Shown here piece after piece: positions 41,301 to 55,764 of a DNA stretch of 64,000 nt (its first letter is position 1; each line of letters begins with the position of its first letter). Location of the stretch: contig OZ024765.1 in assembly GCA_964016885.1 (NCBI GenBank), forward strand, positions 17,484,001 to 17,548,000, in the 5' to 3' direction. A model generated the notes under the pieces. That model was given only the letters and a program-made list of their open reading frames with translations, was not told the DNA's origin and searched no databases. Origin of the DNA: Eledone cirrhosa (Eukaryota). The position numbers and the translations under genes are program-made.

Positions 41301-43510
41301 TATAAGATTCTAAATATCTAAACATATTTGAGGGTGACCCAGCTACTATTTCTAGGACCAATCTACAACCCCACTACATATAAGGACCCCATTTAACTCG
41401 ATATAAGATTCTAAATATCTAAACATATTTGAGGGTGACCCAGCTACTATTTCTAGGACCAATCTACAACCCCACTACATATAAGGACCCCATTTAACTC
41501 GATATAAGATTCTAAATATCTAAACATATTTGAGGGTGACCCAGCTACTATTTCTAGGACCAATCTACAACCCCACTACATATAAGGACCCCATTTAACT
41601 CGATATAAGATTCTAAATATCTAAACATATTTGAGGGTGACCCAGCTACTATTTCTAGGACCAATCTACAACCCCACTACATATAAGGACCCCATTTAAC
41701 TCGATATAAGATTCTAAATATCTAAACATATTTGAGGGTGACCCAGCTACTATTTCTAGCACCAATCTACAACCCCACTACATATAAAGTCCTCGTTTAA
41801 ATCAATATAAGATTCTAAATCTCTAAACATATTTGAGGGTGACCCAGCTACTATTTCTAGCAACTAACTACAATCCCATTACATATAAAGTCCTCATTTA
41901 ACTCGATATAAGATTCTAAATATCTAAATATATTTGAGGGTCACCCAGCTACTATTTCTAGCAACTAACTACAACCCCACTACATATAAAGACCTCATTT
42001 AACTCGATATAAGATTCTAAATATCTAAACATATTTGAGGGTGACCCAGCTACTATTTCTAGCACCAATCTACAAACCCACTACATATAAAGTCCTCATT
42101 TAACTCGATATAAGATTCTAAATATCTAAACATATTTGAGGGTGACCCAGCTACTATTTCTAGGACCAATCTACAAACCCACTACATATAAAGTCCTCTT
42201 TTAACTCGATATAAGATTCTAAATATCTAAACATATTTGAGGGTGACCCAGCTACTATTTCTAGCAACTAACTACAACCCCACTACATATAAAGTCCTCA
42301 TTTAACTCAATATAAGATTCTAAATATCTAAATATATTTGAGGGTGACCCAGCTACTATTTCTAGGACCAATTTACAAACCCACTACATATAAAGTCCTC
42401 ATTTAACTCGATATAAGATTCTAAATATCTAAATATATTTGAGGGTGACCCAGCTACTATTTCTAGGACCAATTTACAAACCCACTACATATAAAGTCCT
42501 CATTTAACTTGATATAAGATTCTAAATATCTAAATATATTTGAGGGTGACCCAGCTACTATTTCTAGGACCAATCTACAACCCCACTACATATAAGGACC
42601 CCATTTAACTCGATATAAGATTCTAAATATCTAAACATATTTGAGGGTGACCCAGCTACTATTTCTAGGACCAATCTACAACCCCACTACATATAAGGAC
42701 CCCATTTAACTCGATATAAGATTCTAAATATCTAAACATATTTGAGGGTGACCCAGCTACTATTTCTAGCACCAATCTACAACCCCACTACATATAAAGT
42801 CCTCGTTTAACTCAATATAAGATTCTAAATCTCTAAACATATTTGAGGGTGACCCAGCTACTATTTCTAGCAACTAACTACAATCCCATTACATATAAAG
42901 TCCTCATTTAACTCGATATAAGATTCTAAATATCTAAATATATTTGAGGGTGACCCAGCTACTATTTCTAGGACCAATTTACAAACCCACTACATATAAA
43001 GTCCTCATTTAACTTGATATAAGATTCTAAATATCTAAATATATTTGAGGGTGACCCAGCTACTATTTCTAGGACCAATTTACAAACCCACTACATATAA
43101 AGTCATCATTTAACTCGATATAAGATTCTAAATATCTAAATATATTTGAGGGTGACCCAGCTACTATTTCTAGGACCAATCTACAAACCCACTACATATA
43201 AAGACCTCATTTAACTTGATATAAGATTCTAAATATCTAAATATATTTGAGGGTGACCCAGCTACTATTTCTAGGACCAATTTACAAACCCACTACATAT
43301 AAAGTCATCATTTAACTCGATATAAGATTCTAAATATCTAAACATATTTGAGGGTGACCCAGCTACTATTTCTGGCAGCTATCTACAATTCCTTAATTTA
43401 ACTTGATATAAGATTCTAAATATCTAAACATATTTGAGGGTAATCCAGCTACTATTTCTAGCACCAAACTACAACCTCCACTACATATAAAGTCCTCAAT
43501 TGACTTGGAT
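38370..43510. repeat. 101-bp tandem satellite, ~50 copies
   Basis: gagggtgacc recurs at 39007 and 39108 (period 101); diverged precursor units at ~38000-38200. Confidence 0.97.
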
Positions 43511-43687
43511 GCAGCCAAATATTTGTGCTATGTGAACACTCTTTAACGCTTCTCTGCTCTATATAAACACAGCTGTCTCCGTAATTTGTTGTTTTGACGT
43601 CGTTAAGTTCAGTTAAGCAACCAACTGCAGGTCTTGTCACACACGTCTACACGACTGGAATATTCTTAGCATTGGAATAGAGAGAAT

Positions 43688-44270
43688 ATGGCGGCGGTGG
43701 TGGTGGCGGTGGTGGTGGTGATGGCGGTGGTGGTGGTGATGGCGGTGGTGGTGATGATGGTGGTGGTGGTGATGATGGTGGTGGTAGTTGTGGCGGTGGT
43801 GGTGGTGATAGCGGTGGTGGTGGTGGTGGTGATGATGGCGGTGGTGGTGATGATGGTGGTGGTGGTGGTGGTGATGGTGGTGGTAGTGGTGGTGGTGGTG
43901 ATAGTGGTGGTGGTGGTGATGGTGGTGGTGATGGTGGTGGTGGTGGTTGTGGTGGCAGCGGTGGAGGTGGTGTGTTGGCGAAGGGAGGAGGGGGGGGGGG
44001 GGGGGTCTGGGCTGGGTGGAGGTGGTGGTGGATCTGGGTAGTGGTGGTGGTGCGGGGTTTGGGTAGTGGTGATGTTGTTGTTGGTGGTGGTGGTTGTGGT
44101 GGTGGTGGTGGCGGCGATGGTGATGGTAGTGGTGGTTGTGGTGGTGGTAGGGGTGGTGGGGGTGGTACTGCTGTTGTTGATGTTGATGGTGGTGGTATTG
44201 GTGATGGTGGTGGTGATGGTGGTGGTGTTTGTTGATATTGTGGTCGTGTGGTGGTGCTGGTGGCGCAGCA
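43688..44270. repeat. (GGT)n low-complexity tract
   Basis: Read directly; it produces the poly-His/Pro/Thr pseudo-ORFs. Confidence 0.9.
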
Positions 44271-44729
44271 ACAGAGGCCTGGTTTGAGGCCCAAATTTCC
44301 GAGGCCTTCGAAAACCTGAAGGCCTGCTGCAATAAGTGTGTGAATATGTCTGATCCTCCATCATAATTTCTGCTGTGGAGAACTGTAGTTCTAAATGACC
44401 ATGACCACTACCCTCACCAACACCACCACCATTACCTCCACCACCACCTCCGCCATTACCGCCAACACCGCCACCAGCCCCACTATCACCACCACCGGGT
44501 CAAATGCTTTGCAGTATTTGATCCGACTCTAAACACCGTTTTTTGCAAAGCCTACCCCTTGACGAGGCAACCATACACTCTAAACGCCATAACGATATTT
44601 GAGTTTTTTGATAACGGAACGGGTCTGCCCAGAATGAGTATACGACTGATTAAACGTCGTACAAGATTTGCTTGTCATTGTTTCCCCACAAAGGATGAGA
44701 TGGTTTCAGACCTCTTGTTGTAGGAGATC

Positions 44730-44975
44730 TCCGCTACTGTGAAGCTCAGATACCAGGATACTTTAGCAAGAGACACTGGAATAGACAAGGATGACATACA
44801 AATGTGGATGGGAAACAGAAACCGTGGGCGTGAAATTTTGCTTGTTGACTCAACTAAGGGCAATGGATTAGAAGGCAGAATGTTCAGATACCAGAATACC
44901 TTAAAAACAGGGACTGGAATTGACAAGGATCACCTACAAACCTTGATGGGGAAACAGAGATTGTTGGTGTGAAGT
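44730..44975 (+). mobile_element. Possible RTE-clade LINE 3' end with an internally duplicated terminal motif
   Basis: KLRYQDTLARDTGIDKDDIQMWMGNR is repeated as MFRYQNTLKTGTGIDKDHLQTLMGKQ; it resembles RTE ORF2 C-termini. Confidence 0.45.
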
Positions 44976-45077
44976 TGTGATTGTTGTCTTCCGTAAGGGC
45001 GATGGATAAGATATATATATATATATATATATGATAAAGAACACAAGAGCGTCTACAACATCAAAAGATTTTTATTG

Positions 45078-45122
45078 GCTTACAATGTTTCTTCCTTACG
45101 TAACCGTAGGATTCGTCAGAGC
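45078..45122 (-). ncRNA. Type I hammerhead motif
   Basis: Reverse strand: gct CTGACGA a-tcc-tacg-gtta-cgta-a-gga-a GAAA cattg TA agc, then c AATAAA. Confidence 0.7.
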
Positions 45123-45218
45123 TATATACGGCTCTGCTCCAAAGCATAGAGCTAATTATTATGCTGCCAATACCTTAATGGGACACGGGTATACAATACC
45201 TAACTCCTATTAACCTAA

Positions 45219-45263
<45 letters not shown>

Positions 45264-45308
45264 GAGAGTAAAACAAAGAATCCTTTAATACATCAAAAGT
45301 TTTTATTA

Positions 45309-45346
45309 GCCGACAATGTTTCGTCCTATTAAGGACTCATCAGGGC
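45309..45346 (-). ncRNA. Canonical minimal type I hammerhead (GUC cleavage site)
   Basis: Reverse strand: gcc CTGATGA gtcct-taat-aggac GAAA cattg TC ggc, then t AATAAA. Confidence 0.85.
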
Positions 45347-45799
45347 AATCAAAATACGTACATATATATATATATATGTACGTATGTATGTATATATATA
45401 TATATTATAATTCTGTCAAGGCAGAATTCTAGGAGAAGGAAAACTCTGATATAACACCTGCAACTCTGATGGTATCCAATGATGTTGACTTGTTCTTCTT
45501 TTTGGTAAATATCATCTTGGTTAAGAGAGTGGGACTGGCTTTGTGCAGTGCCTTTGCTCACTATAAAAGCTTCACGGCACAGGCATTGCTTTGTATCTGG
45601 AGATCTCTCTGCACTTGTCCTCACATGGTACCAAGGGCCCAGCACTATGTGTCAATAATTGTCACAGGTGTAGTGTTTGTACCAGAGTTTTCAAGTTGCT
45701 GGCTGGACTAAAAATCACACTCGTTCAGCGCTTCGGTAGGGGTTCTCCTACATGGATATAAAGTAGTGGCCGTACTCGAAAACGAGTTGGCAGCCACCA

Positions 45800-46975
<1,176 letters not shown>

Positions 46976-47049
46976 ACGAAGGAAATGTGGTAAGGAACCA
47001 GGTGGACCATAACGCACCAAAGTACTCAATACTTAGGGTAGTAGAGTGG

Positions 47050-47795
47050 GTAATAGGAACGAGTAGGACCCCGACGGCTGAGCTCAAGCCGTTTCGACGG
47101 CTAATTCTGGACGAAATAAAACATTTTATCCTGGTATTTGAATAGCCGAGCTTCTCAGGCGGTAATTCCATATATGGTAAAAGTGATTGTCACAAGGATT
47201 GGTCAAAAGTTTGTTGTTGAGAAATAATAATTCTATCATGGAAATTTGTGGAGGGAAGGGGTAGCTGAACCTGCCAGTGGAAGAAAGAGGGGGAGGGGGT
47301 GGAGGAAACCCAGTTGATAGTACCAACTACAGCTGGGCATGAGGTCAAAGAAGATACTAGGGGGGGAGGGGGAGGAAGTCGAAACAATAAGTAAAACATT
47401 ATGGGGTAAATATATAGAGAAATATCGGTATTTCTCTGTATATTTACCCCATATTGTTTTACTTATTGTTTCGACTCCCCCCCCCTAGTATCTTCTTTGA
47501 CCTCATGCCCAGCTGTAGTTGGTACTATCAACTGGGTTTCCTCCACCCCCTCTCCCTCTTTCCTCTACTGGTAGGTTCAGCTACCACTTCCCTCCACAAA
47601 TTTCCATGATAGAATTATTATTTCTTAACAACAAACTTTTGACCAATCCTTGTGACAATCACTTTTACCATATACGGAATTACCCCCTGAGAAGCTCGGC
47701 TATTCAAATACCAGGATAAAAATGTTTATTTAGTCCAGAATTATCTGTCGAAACGGCTTGAGCTCAGCCGTCGGGGTCCTACTCGTTCCTATATA
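47050..47795. repeat. ~370-bp-arm inverted repeat with a hammerhead-like fold in each arm (47068-47163 minus, 47682-47777 plus)
   Basis: The arms are reverse complements (matching ORFs 47126- and 47519+). Plus arm: acccc CTGAGAA g..cggcta..GAAA cggct-tgagctc-agccg TC ggggt. Confidence 0.8.
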
Positions 47796-48005
47796 AGTAT
47801 ATATATATACTGTATATATATATATACGTACATATATACTGTATATATATACGTATATATATATATACTGTATATATATATATATATATATACATATATA
47901 CATACGTATATATATATATATACATACATATATACATACGTATATATATATATATATACATACATATATACATACGTATATACATATACATACATATATA
48001 CATAC

Positions 48006-48036
<31 letters not shown>

Positions 48037-48325
48037 CATACGTATATACATATACATACATATATACATGCGTATATATATATATACATATACATACATA
48101 CATGCGTATATATATACATATACATACATACGTATATATATATATACATACATACATACATACGTATATATATATATATACATACATACATACGTATATA
48201 TATATATATACATACATACATATATATATATATATACATACATACATACATACGTATATATATATATATATACATACATACATATATATATATATACATA
48301 CATACATACGTATATATATATATAT

Positions 48326-48360
<35 letters not shown>

Positions 48361-48626
48361 CATACGTATATATATATATATATATATATATACAGTATAT
48401 ATATACATACATACGTATATATATATATATATATATATATACAGTATATATATACGTATATATATATATATATATATATATACAGTATATATATACGTAT
48501 ATATATATATACTGTATATATATACGTATATATATATATACTGTATATATATACGTATATATATATACGTATATATATACTGTATATATATACGTATATA
48601 TATATACGTATATATATATATATATA

Positions 48627-48661
<35 letters not shown>

Positions 48662-48709
48662 GTATATATATATATATATATATATAATGTATATATATAT
48701 ATATATATA

Positions 48710-48743
<34 letters not shown>

Positions 48744-49042
48744 GTATGTATGTATGTATATACGTATATATGTATATATATATACATATATATACATATA
48801 TACGTATATATGTATATATATATACATATATATACACATATACGTATATACGTATATATATATTTTTTAATATTTATATTTGTGTATTTATTTATATATA
48901 TACATATATATGTATATATATAAACCACAAACTCTCCCCATCTCAATTCTACTTTTGAAAAGCATAAGAACTATGAAACCAGTAGAGGAAGCAAATAAAT
49001 ATTCTTAAAAATACTGCAGTTGCATTTTCGATCTCTTTTCCT

Positions 49043-49086
<44 letters not shown>

Positions 49087-49504
49087 GACAATTAGCTTTT
49101 GTTTATCGCAAATTATTTCGAGCACAAAGGCACCTCTTCAAGAGAAACAGGTGTTATGTGCTGTCACTTACGAGGACAATGGACATTGCGAGGCAATGCG
49201 TTGATGGGGTGGGGATGAGGGAGAGAGGGAAGATGAGGAGGGGGGTTAGTTAATTGTGTTTCAATATAAAAGATAAATGTTGGGCGGCATTTAGAGTAAA
49301 ATAAGTCTTACACATTCACACATGCAGACCTAACACATATATATCACATAACACCCCCCCCCCCCACATATATATATATATAATATATATGTGTGTGTTT
49401 TGTGTGTGTATGTGTGCACATATAATACACTTATACACGCCCGCATTTACATATACATATATATATATTTATATATATAAACATACATATATATATATAT
49501 GTGC

Positions 49505-49535
<31 letters not shown>

Positions 49536-49604
49536 AACATACATATATATATATAAACATACATATCTATATATGTGTGTGTGTGTGTATATATATCACC
49601 CACC

Positions 49605-49657
<53 letters not shown>

Positions 49658-50355
49658 CAAACACACAGATACAGGTATAACATACATATATTTTCTTCTG
49701 AGAAAGAATATCGTCAAAGCAGATGTTTCTGGCCGCCAGAAATATTTCTGAAGTCAGCTTGGTCATATCTTTTGTTACATGTCTCTGATGTATGTCGTGT
49801 GAGTGGTGGGGAGAGGGAAAGAGAGATGGAGAGGATGAGAGTGAGAGGAAGAGAAAGAGGGAGACTCAGTATGGGATAGTGGGAGAGAGTATGATGGGAT
49901 GAGCGTGATAGAGTTGAATGAGAGAAAGTGAGAGAGTGAATGAGAGGGAGAGAATGATAGATAGGAAGAGAGAGAATGATAGATAGATAGATAGATATAT
50001 AGATAGAGAGAGAGTGAGACCAAGAGAAATATATATATATACTTTATAAATAACAATCAACGAGTGTTTTAGTGCATTTAATTACTAACGACCGTTTCAT
50101 CCAAGCATACGGCTGAGTCCATCATAATATAAATCAAAGGTTAAAACACTGATAAACGTGTCAAGAACATTTTGGGAATACACAATATGGGAAGAAAGCA
50201 TAAATAATAAATATTAACATTGATATAAGAGAAGAAAGATACGGGGATGGTATAAAATAGTTTATAAAATAGAGCGAAGACTTTAAAAGGTGGAAAAAGA
50301 AGTTACCAATGGCTGCTTTTAAGCTAGCTAACTTAACACGGTAAGGGTAGGCACG

Positions 50356-50429
50356 GTCCGTTAGCTTAACGGTTTAAAGCGCCTAGCCGGTATCTGAGAG
50401 ATATGGGGTTTGATTCCTCATAGCGGACG
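50356..50429 (+). pseudogene. tRNA-like sequence (degenerate tRNA or SINE head, apparent GGT anticodon)
   Basis: Acceptor-like gtccgtt/agcggac, A box tagcttaacgg, B-box variant ggtttgattcc; imperfect anticodon stem. Confidence 0.45.
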
Positions 50430-50618
50430 ATGGCAACTTCCTTCCCCGTCCTATGACTTTATATATATGTCTATATATATTTATAATGCGCCGAAACATC
50501 CATGATCTGTAGTAAACTGCTGACGAATGGAAACTGTCCATCTCTTGTTTGTGTTGCCTTACCTTCTAACACTCGTTATCAGTAGCCACACATCCTCGCC
50601 TTCCTCAATCAATATTTT

Positions 50619-50656
<38 letters not shown>

Positions 50657-51228
50657 AAAAAAAAAAGCCTTCGCGAGCCTCCTTGTTTCAAGTAAAAAGA
50701 AATTCAAACACTCATATATGAAAAAACAACCTGTGACCCCCCCCCCCCCCCCCCCTCTGTTATTTGAAGAACTATTGTAATGCGAACTGGCGCGAAATTT
50801 ATTATAATTATTGACAAACCAATCAAATTACTTCTCGAAAAACCTGGCTTTCGAGCCACTTTTTCCATATAAAACAAGTAACATTTAGAGACCAACCAGA
50901 TGTGAGAAAAACCACAGACCCTCCATCTCAACTCACCTTTTGAAAAGCAGAAGAACTGCGAAACCGGTAAAGGAACCAAATAAAAATATATATATTTTTT
51001 TAAAAAATATGACTTCAGTTGCATTTTCGATTTCATCTCTTTTTCTTTATACTTCCACTCGTGTAGGACACCTCGGTTATTTTTCCTTTTGTAAAAAAAA
51101 AAAAAAACCTCACTTTCTAATATATATATATATATATATAAAGAATGAATAATAATAGGTAGACATCATAAAAAGGTAATTTATTCCGTGTGCTTACAAG
51201 TGTTTCCACGGTGGTACCACAGCCTAGT

Positions 51229-51344
51229 TGTGCTCTGAGGAAACAGTGGTCACAGCATTGGATATTTGAGTTCTGCAAGTACTTGTGAATTTGCACGTAG
51301 CATAACTAGGCTGTAGTACCACCGTGGAAACACTTGTAAGCACA
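51229..51344 (+). ncRNA. Hammerhead with 85-nt stem II inside inverted repeat 51140-51395
   Basis: tgtgct CTGAGGA a-acagtggtcacagc...gctgtagtaccaccgt-g GAAA cacttg TA agcaca; AATAAA at 51348. Confidence 0.7.
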
Positions 51345-51536
51345 CGGAATAAATTACCTTTTTATGATGTCTACCTGTTATTATTCATTCTTTATATACA
51401 CTCCGGAATACTGAAGGATCCGGAACTAAGTTTCTTCAACAATTCTTACATTACTCGTAGAGTCACCTCTTACCGTACGTCAACCATATCCAGTGTAGTA
51501 ATTAACCATTACTACATCTTGGATAATCCTATACCT

Positions 51537-51632
<96 letters not shown>

Positions 51633-51915
51633 TGGAGAATAACACGGATCGGCTATCGGCTGTACAATAAGGTTTATTCGAAAATTTAACAAATGTTTCA
51701 TTAGTCCGGTGTGTCTAAAAACCGCTATCCGCATTATACTGCGGCACTCAATTTTAATTACAATTGGCACCCGACAAAATTTTCAAAATACTGAAAATTT
51801 GGTGGGGTTTTAGTGAAACAAGACCGAACGTTAGAACTATCCTTGATACAGAGTACTCAAAACCTCTACTGAGATTGCCTTAAACGATACCCCATTAACT
51901 TAAATATATATATAG

Positions 51916-51995
<80 letters not shown>

Positions 51996-52564
51996 GTGGT
52001 TAACTTTGCTTACGAGCTCGATAAAATAAAGTACCAGTAATGTACTAATCGGCTATCCCTCCCTTCCCCCCAAAAAAATTGCTGGCCTTGTGCCAAATGT
52101 AGAAACAATTATTACACCACCAGCACCACCATTGCAGTGGCGGCGGCGGCGGCGGTGGTGGTGGCGACGACGACGACGACATATCCTGTGAGGTGAGTGT
52201 TTGTAGGAGACCAGATAAATCTGATCTTCCCAATGTTTCTAAGAGTTCGAACGATCGATTACGTTTACACGATGATTGTTTTTTTTAAATTGTATTGTTT
52301 AAGAAGAACATACTTTTCTAGAGCAATCAATTATGGAAATTAATGAGTTCAGTAATTAGAAGAAAAAAACAATATATTAACATATTAACATGAATCATTA
52401 TTGCATGATCCTGTAACTTCTGCTATAGTCGTAGGGGCGCCATGACGGCGTTTCTAGGGCATTTTTAAATCCTGGCGGAAGCAATATCCTCTCTCCATGT
52501 ATGAACACAGTAGTTTTCTTCCAGGGAAGGATAAAGAGTGTTGAGTGAATGGAAGTGATAAAGA

Positions 52565-53040
52565 GGTATAGAGGAACAGTCGACCCCAGTATTTGACTGG
52601 TACATTTCTTATCGACCTGGAATTGAGGAAAGCTAAAGTTGACCTCAGCAGTCTACAGTGAGAGTATAGAGGAACAGTCGACCCCATTATTTAACTGGTA
52701 CATTTCTTATCGACCTGGAATTGAGGAAAGCTAAAGTTGACCTCAGCAGTCTACAGTGAGAGTATAGAGGAACAGTCTACCCCAGTATTTAACTGGTACA
52801 TTTCTTATCGACCTGGAATTGAGGAAAGCTAAAGTTGACCTCAGCAGTCTACAGTGAGAGTATAGAGGAACAGTCTACCCCAGTATTTAACTGGTACATT
52901 TCTTATCGACCTGGAATTGAGGAAAGCTAAAGTTGACCTCAGCAGTTTACAGTGAGAGTATAGAGGAACAGTCGACCCTAGTATATAACTGATACATTTC
53001 TTATCGACCTGGAATTGAGGAAAGGCAATGTTGATCTCGC
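52565..53040. repeat. 98-bp tandem repeat (~5 copies) derived from the SINE core
   Basis: Period 52567 to 52665; contains ccccagt..actggtac..ttatcgacc..aaagttgacctc. Confidence 0.9.
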
Positions 53041-53156
53041 CATGATTTGAACTTAGAGAGCAGAGAGTCTGAACAAATTGCAGATAGTATTCTATCCAAC
53101 GTTTAACAACTCTGCCTTTCAATTATTACATTGCATTGTTTTGCTGTATTTTCCTA

Positions 53157-53518
53157 GTAACTCCTGTTACTTATAGAGTCCTGATTTAACTTGATATGAA
53201 AGCATGCGTAGTCTCGTAACTCTTGTTACGTATAGAGTCCTCATTTACCTTGATATGAAAGCATGCATAGTCTCGTGACTCCTGTTACGCGTAGAGTCCT
53301 CATTTAACTTGATATGAATGCATGCATAGTCTCGTAACTCCTGTTACGTATAGAGTCCCCATTTAACTTGATATGAAAGCATGCGTAGTCTCGTAACTCA
53401 TGTTACGTATAGAGTCCTCATTTAACTTGATATGAATGCATGCATAGTCTCGTAACTCATGTTACGTATAGAGTCCTCATTTAACTTGATATGAAAGCAT
53501 GCGTAGTCTCGTAACTCC
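53157..53518. repeat. 59-bp tandem repeat (~6 copies)
   Basis: Unit gtagtctcgtaactcttgttacgtatagagtcctcatttaacttgatatgaaagcatgc. Confidence 0.9.
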
Positions 53519-54010
53519 CAAGGGAGCCGTAGAGTCATAGAGGCGCCGTATTAACATATGGCGTTTCAACGGCATTTTGTAAAACCTAGCGTAGTCCATC
53601 ATTTTCCAGATTTCTTCCACAGAAGGATAGAAAGTTAGAGATAGGAAGTGAGGAAGGATCAACCCCAATACAAGACTGGTATATTTTTTTTTATTGACTA
53701 TTGACCTCGAAAGGAAGAAAGGCAAATTTGACCTCGGCAGGAATTGATCTCAGAAAAGATCTCAGAAAAGCAGAGAAGTGGAACATATAGCGCAAATCAT
53801 TCTGACCGGAAATCTAACGACGCAGCCATTTTGTAGTCAGGGGTATATATGGTTATCTGGTCTCGTAACTCCTGATGGAGTCGTAGGGGCACCGATGTGG
53901 TGTTTCTGGGGAGAAACTTAAGCCTTGGTGGGGCCCAACACTCACCAGGGCTGAACACAGTAGATTTCTATCAGAGAATGGTAAAAAGTGTGAGAGAACA
54001 GAAATTAGAA

Positions 54011-55545
54011 AGAGATGTAGAAGAAGAATCAATCCCAGTAGTGAACTGGTACATGTTTATATCGACCTGGGATACATGAAAGGTAAAGCTGACCTCATCA
54101 AACTACAAACTACAGTGAGAGAACGATAGCAAGAAAGAGATGTAGAAGAAGAATCAATCCCAGTAGTGAACTGGTACATGTTTATATCGACCTGGGATAC
54201 ATGAAAGGTAAAGCTGACCTCATCAAACTACAAACTACAGTGAGAGAACGATAGCAAGAAAGAGATGTAGAAGAAGAATCAATCCCAGTAGTGAACTGGT
54301 ACATGTTTATATCGACCTGGGATACATGAAAGGTAAAGCTGACCTCATCAAACTACAAACTACAGTGAGAGAACGATAGCAAGAAAGAGATGTAGAAGAA
54401 GAATCAATCCCAGTAGTGAACTGGTACATGTTTATATCGACCTGGGATACATGAAAGGTAAAGCTGACCTCATCAAACTACAAACTACAGTGAGAGAACG
54501 ATAGCAAGAAAGAGATGTAGAAGAAGAATCAATCCCAGTAGTGAACTGGTACATGTTTATATCGACCTGGGATACATGAAAGGTAAAGCTGACCTCATCA
54601 AACTACAAACTACAGTGAGAGAACGATAGCAAGAAAGAGATGTAGAAGAAGAATCAATCCCAGTAGTGAACTGGTACATGTTTATATCGACCTGGGATAC
54701 ATGAAAGGTAAAGCTGACCTCATCAAACTACAAACTACAGTGAGAGAACGATAGCAAGAAAGAGAAGTAGAAGAAGAATCAATCCCAGTAGTGAACTGGT
54801 ACATGTTTATATCGACCTGGGATACATGAAAGGTAAAGCTGACCTCATCAAACTACAAACTACAGTGAGAGAACGATAGCAAGAAAGAGATGTAGAAGAA
54901 GAATCAATCCCAGTAGTGAACTGGTACATGTTTATATCGACCTGGGATACATGAAAGGTAAAGCTGACCTCATCAAACTACAAACTACAGTGAGAGAACG
55001 ATAGCAAGAAAGAGATGTAGAAGAAGAATCAATCCCAGTAGTGAACTGGTACATGTTTATATCGACCTGGGATACATGAAAGGTAAAGCTGACCTCATCA
55101 AACTACAAACTACAGTGAGAGAACGATAGCAAGAAAGAGATGTAGAAGAAGAATCAATCCCAGTAGTGAACTGGTACATGTTTATATCGACCTGGGATAC
55201 ATGAAAGGTAAAGCTGACCTCATCAAACTACAAACTACAGTGAGAGAACGATAGCAAGAAAGAGATGTAGAAGAAGAATCAATCCCAGTAGTGAACTGGT
55301 ACATGTTTATATCGACCTGGGATACATGAAAGGTAAAGCTGACCTCATCAAACTACAAACTACAGTGAGAGAACGATAGCAAGAAAGAGATGTAGAAGAA
55401 GAATCAATCCCAGTAGTGAACTGGTACATGTTTATATCGACCTGGGATACATGAAAGGTAAAGCTGACCTCATCAAACTACAAACTACAGTGAGAGAACG
55501 ATAGCAAGAAAGAGATATAGAAGAAGAATCAGCCCCAGTATTTAA
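54011..55545. repeat. 125-bp tandem repeat (~12 near-identical copies) derived from the SINE core
   Basis: agagatgtag recurs at 54011, 54136, 54261 and so on to 55511. Confidence 0.95.
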
Positions 55546-55764
55546 CTGCTATTTTTTTCATCCCCGAAAAGATGAAAGACAAAATTGACCATGGCGATAT
55601 TTGAACTCAGAAAGTAAAGAGCTGGAACAAAAAATACCGCGGAGCTTTCTTCTCAACCTTCTAACGAACCTACCTTTCATCATTGCGGGTTCGATAAAAT
55701 GACATAGGGGTCGATTTCCCTTCCCTTCAAATTGCTGGCCTTGTGCCAAGAAGTAGAAGCAATC

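Noticed and set aside
43637-44364. Poly-His/Pro/Thr ORFs (also 11640-12683)
   Set aside because: (GGT)n low complexity open in all frames; no domain or splice support.
49085-49142. Minus-strand TTGAAGA..GAAA..TC motif (also partial motifs near 50090, 50520 and 51685)
   Set aside because: Stem I or one core half is missing; at best decayed remnants.
52138-52198. Putative micro-exon bounded by tgcag and ag|gtgagt
   Set aside because: Low-complexity content, no polypyrimidine tract and no partner exons; compatible with chance.
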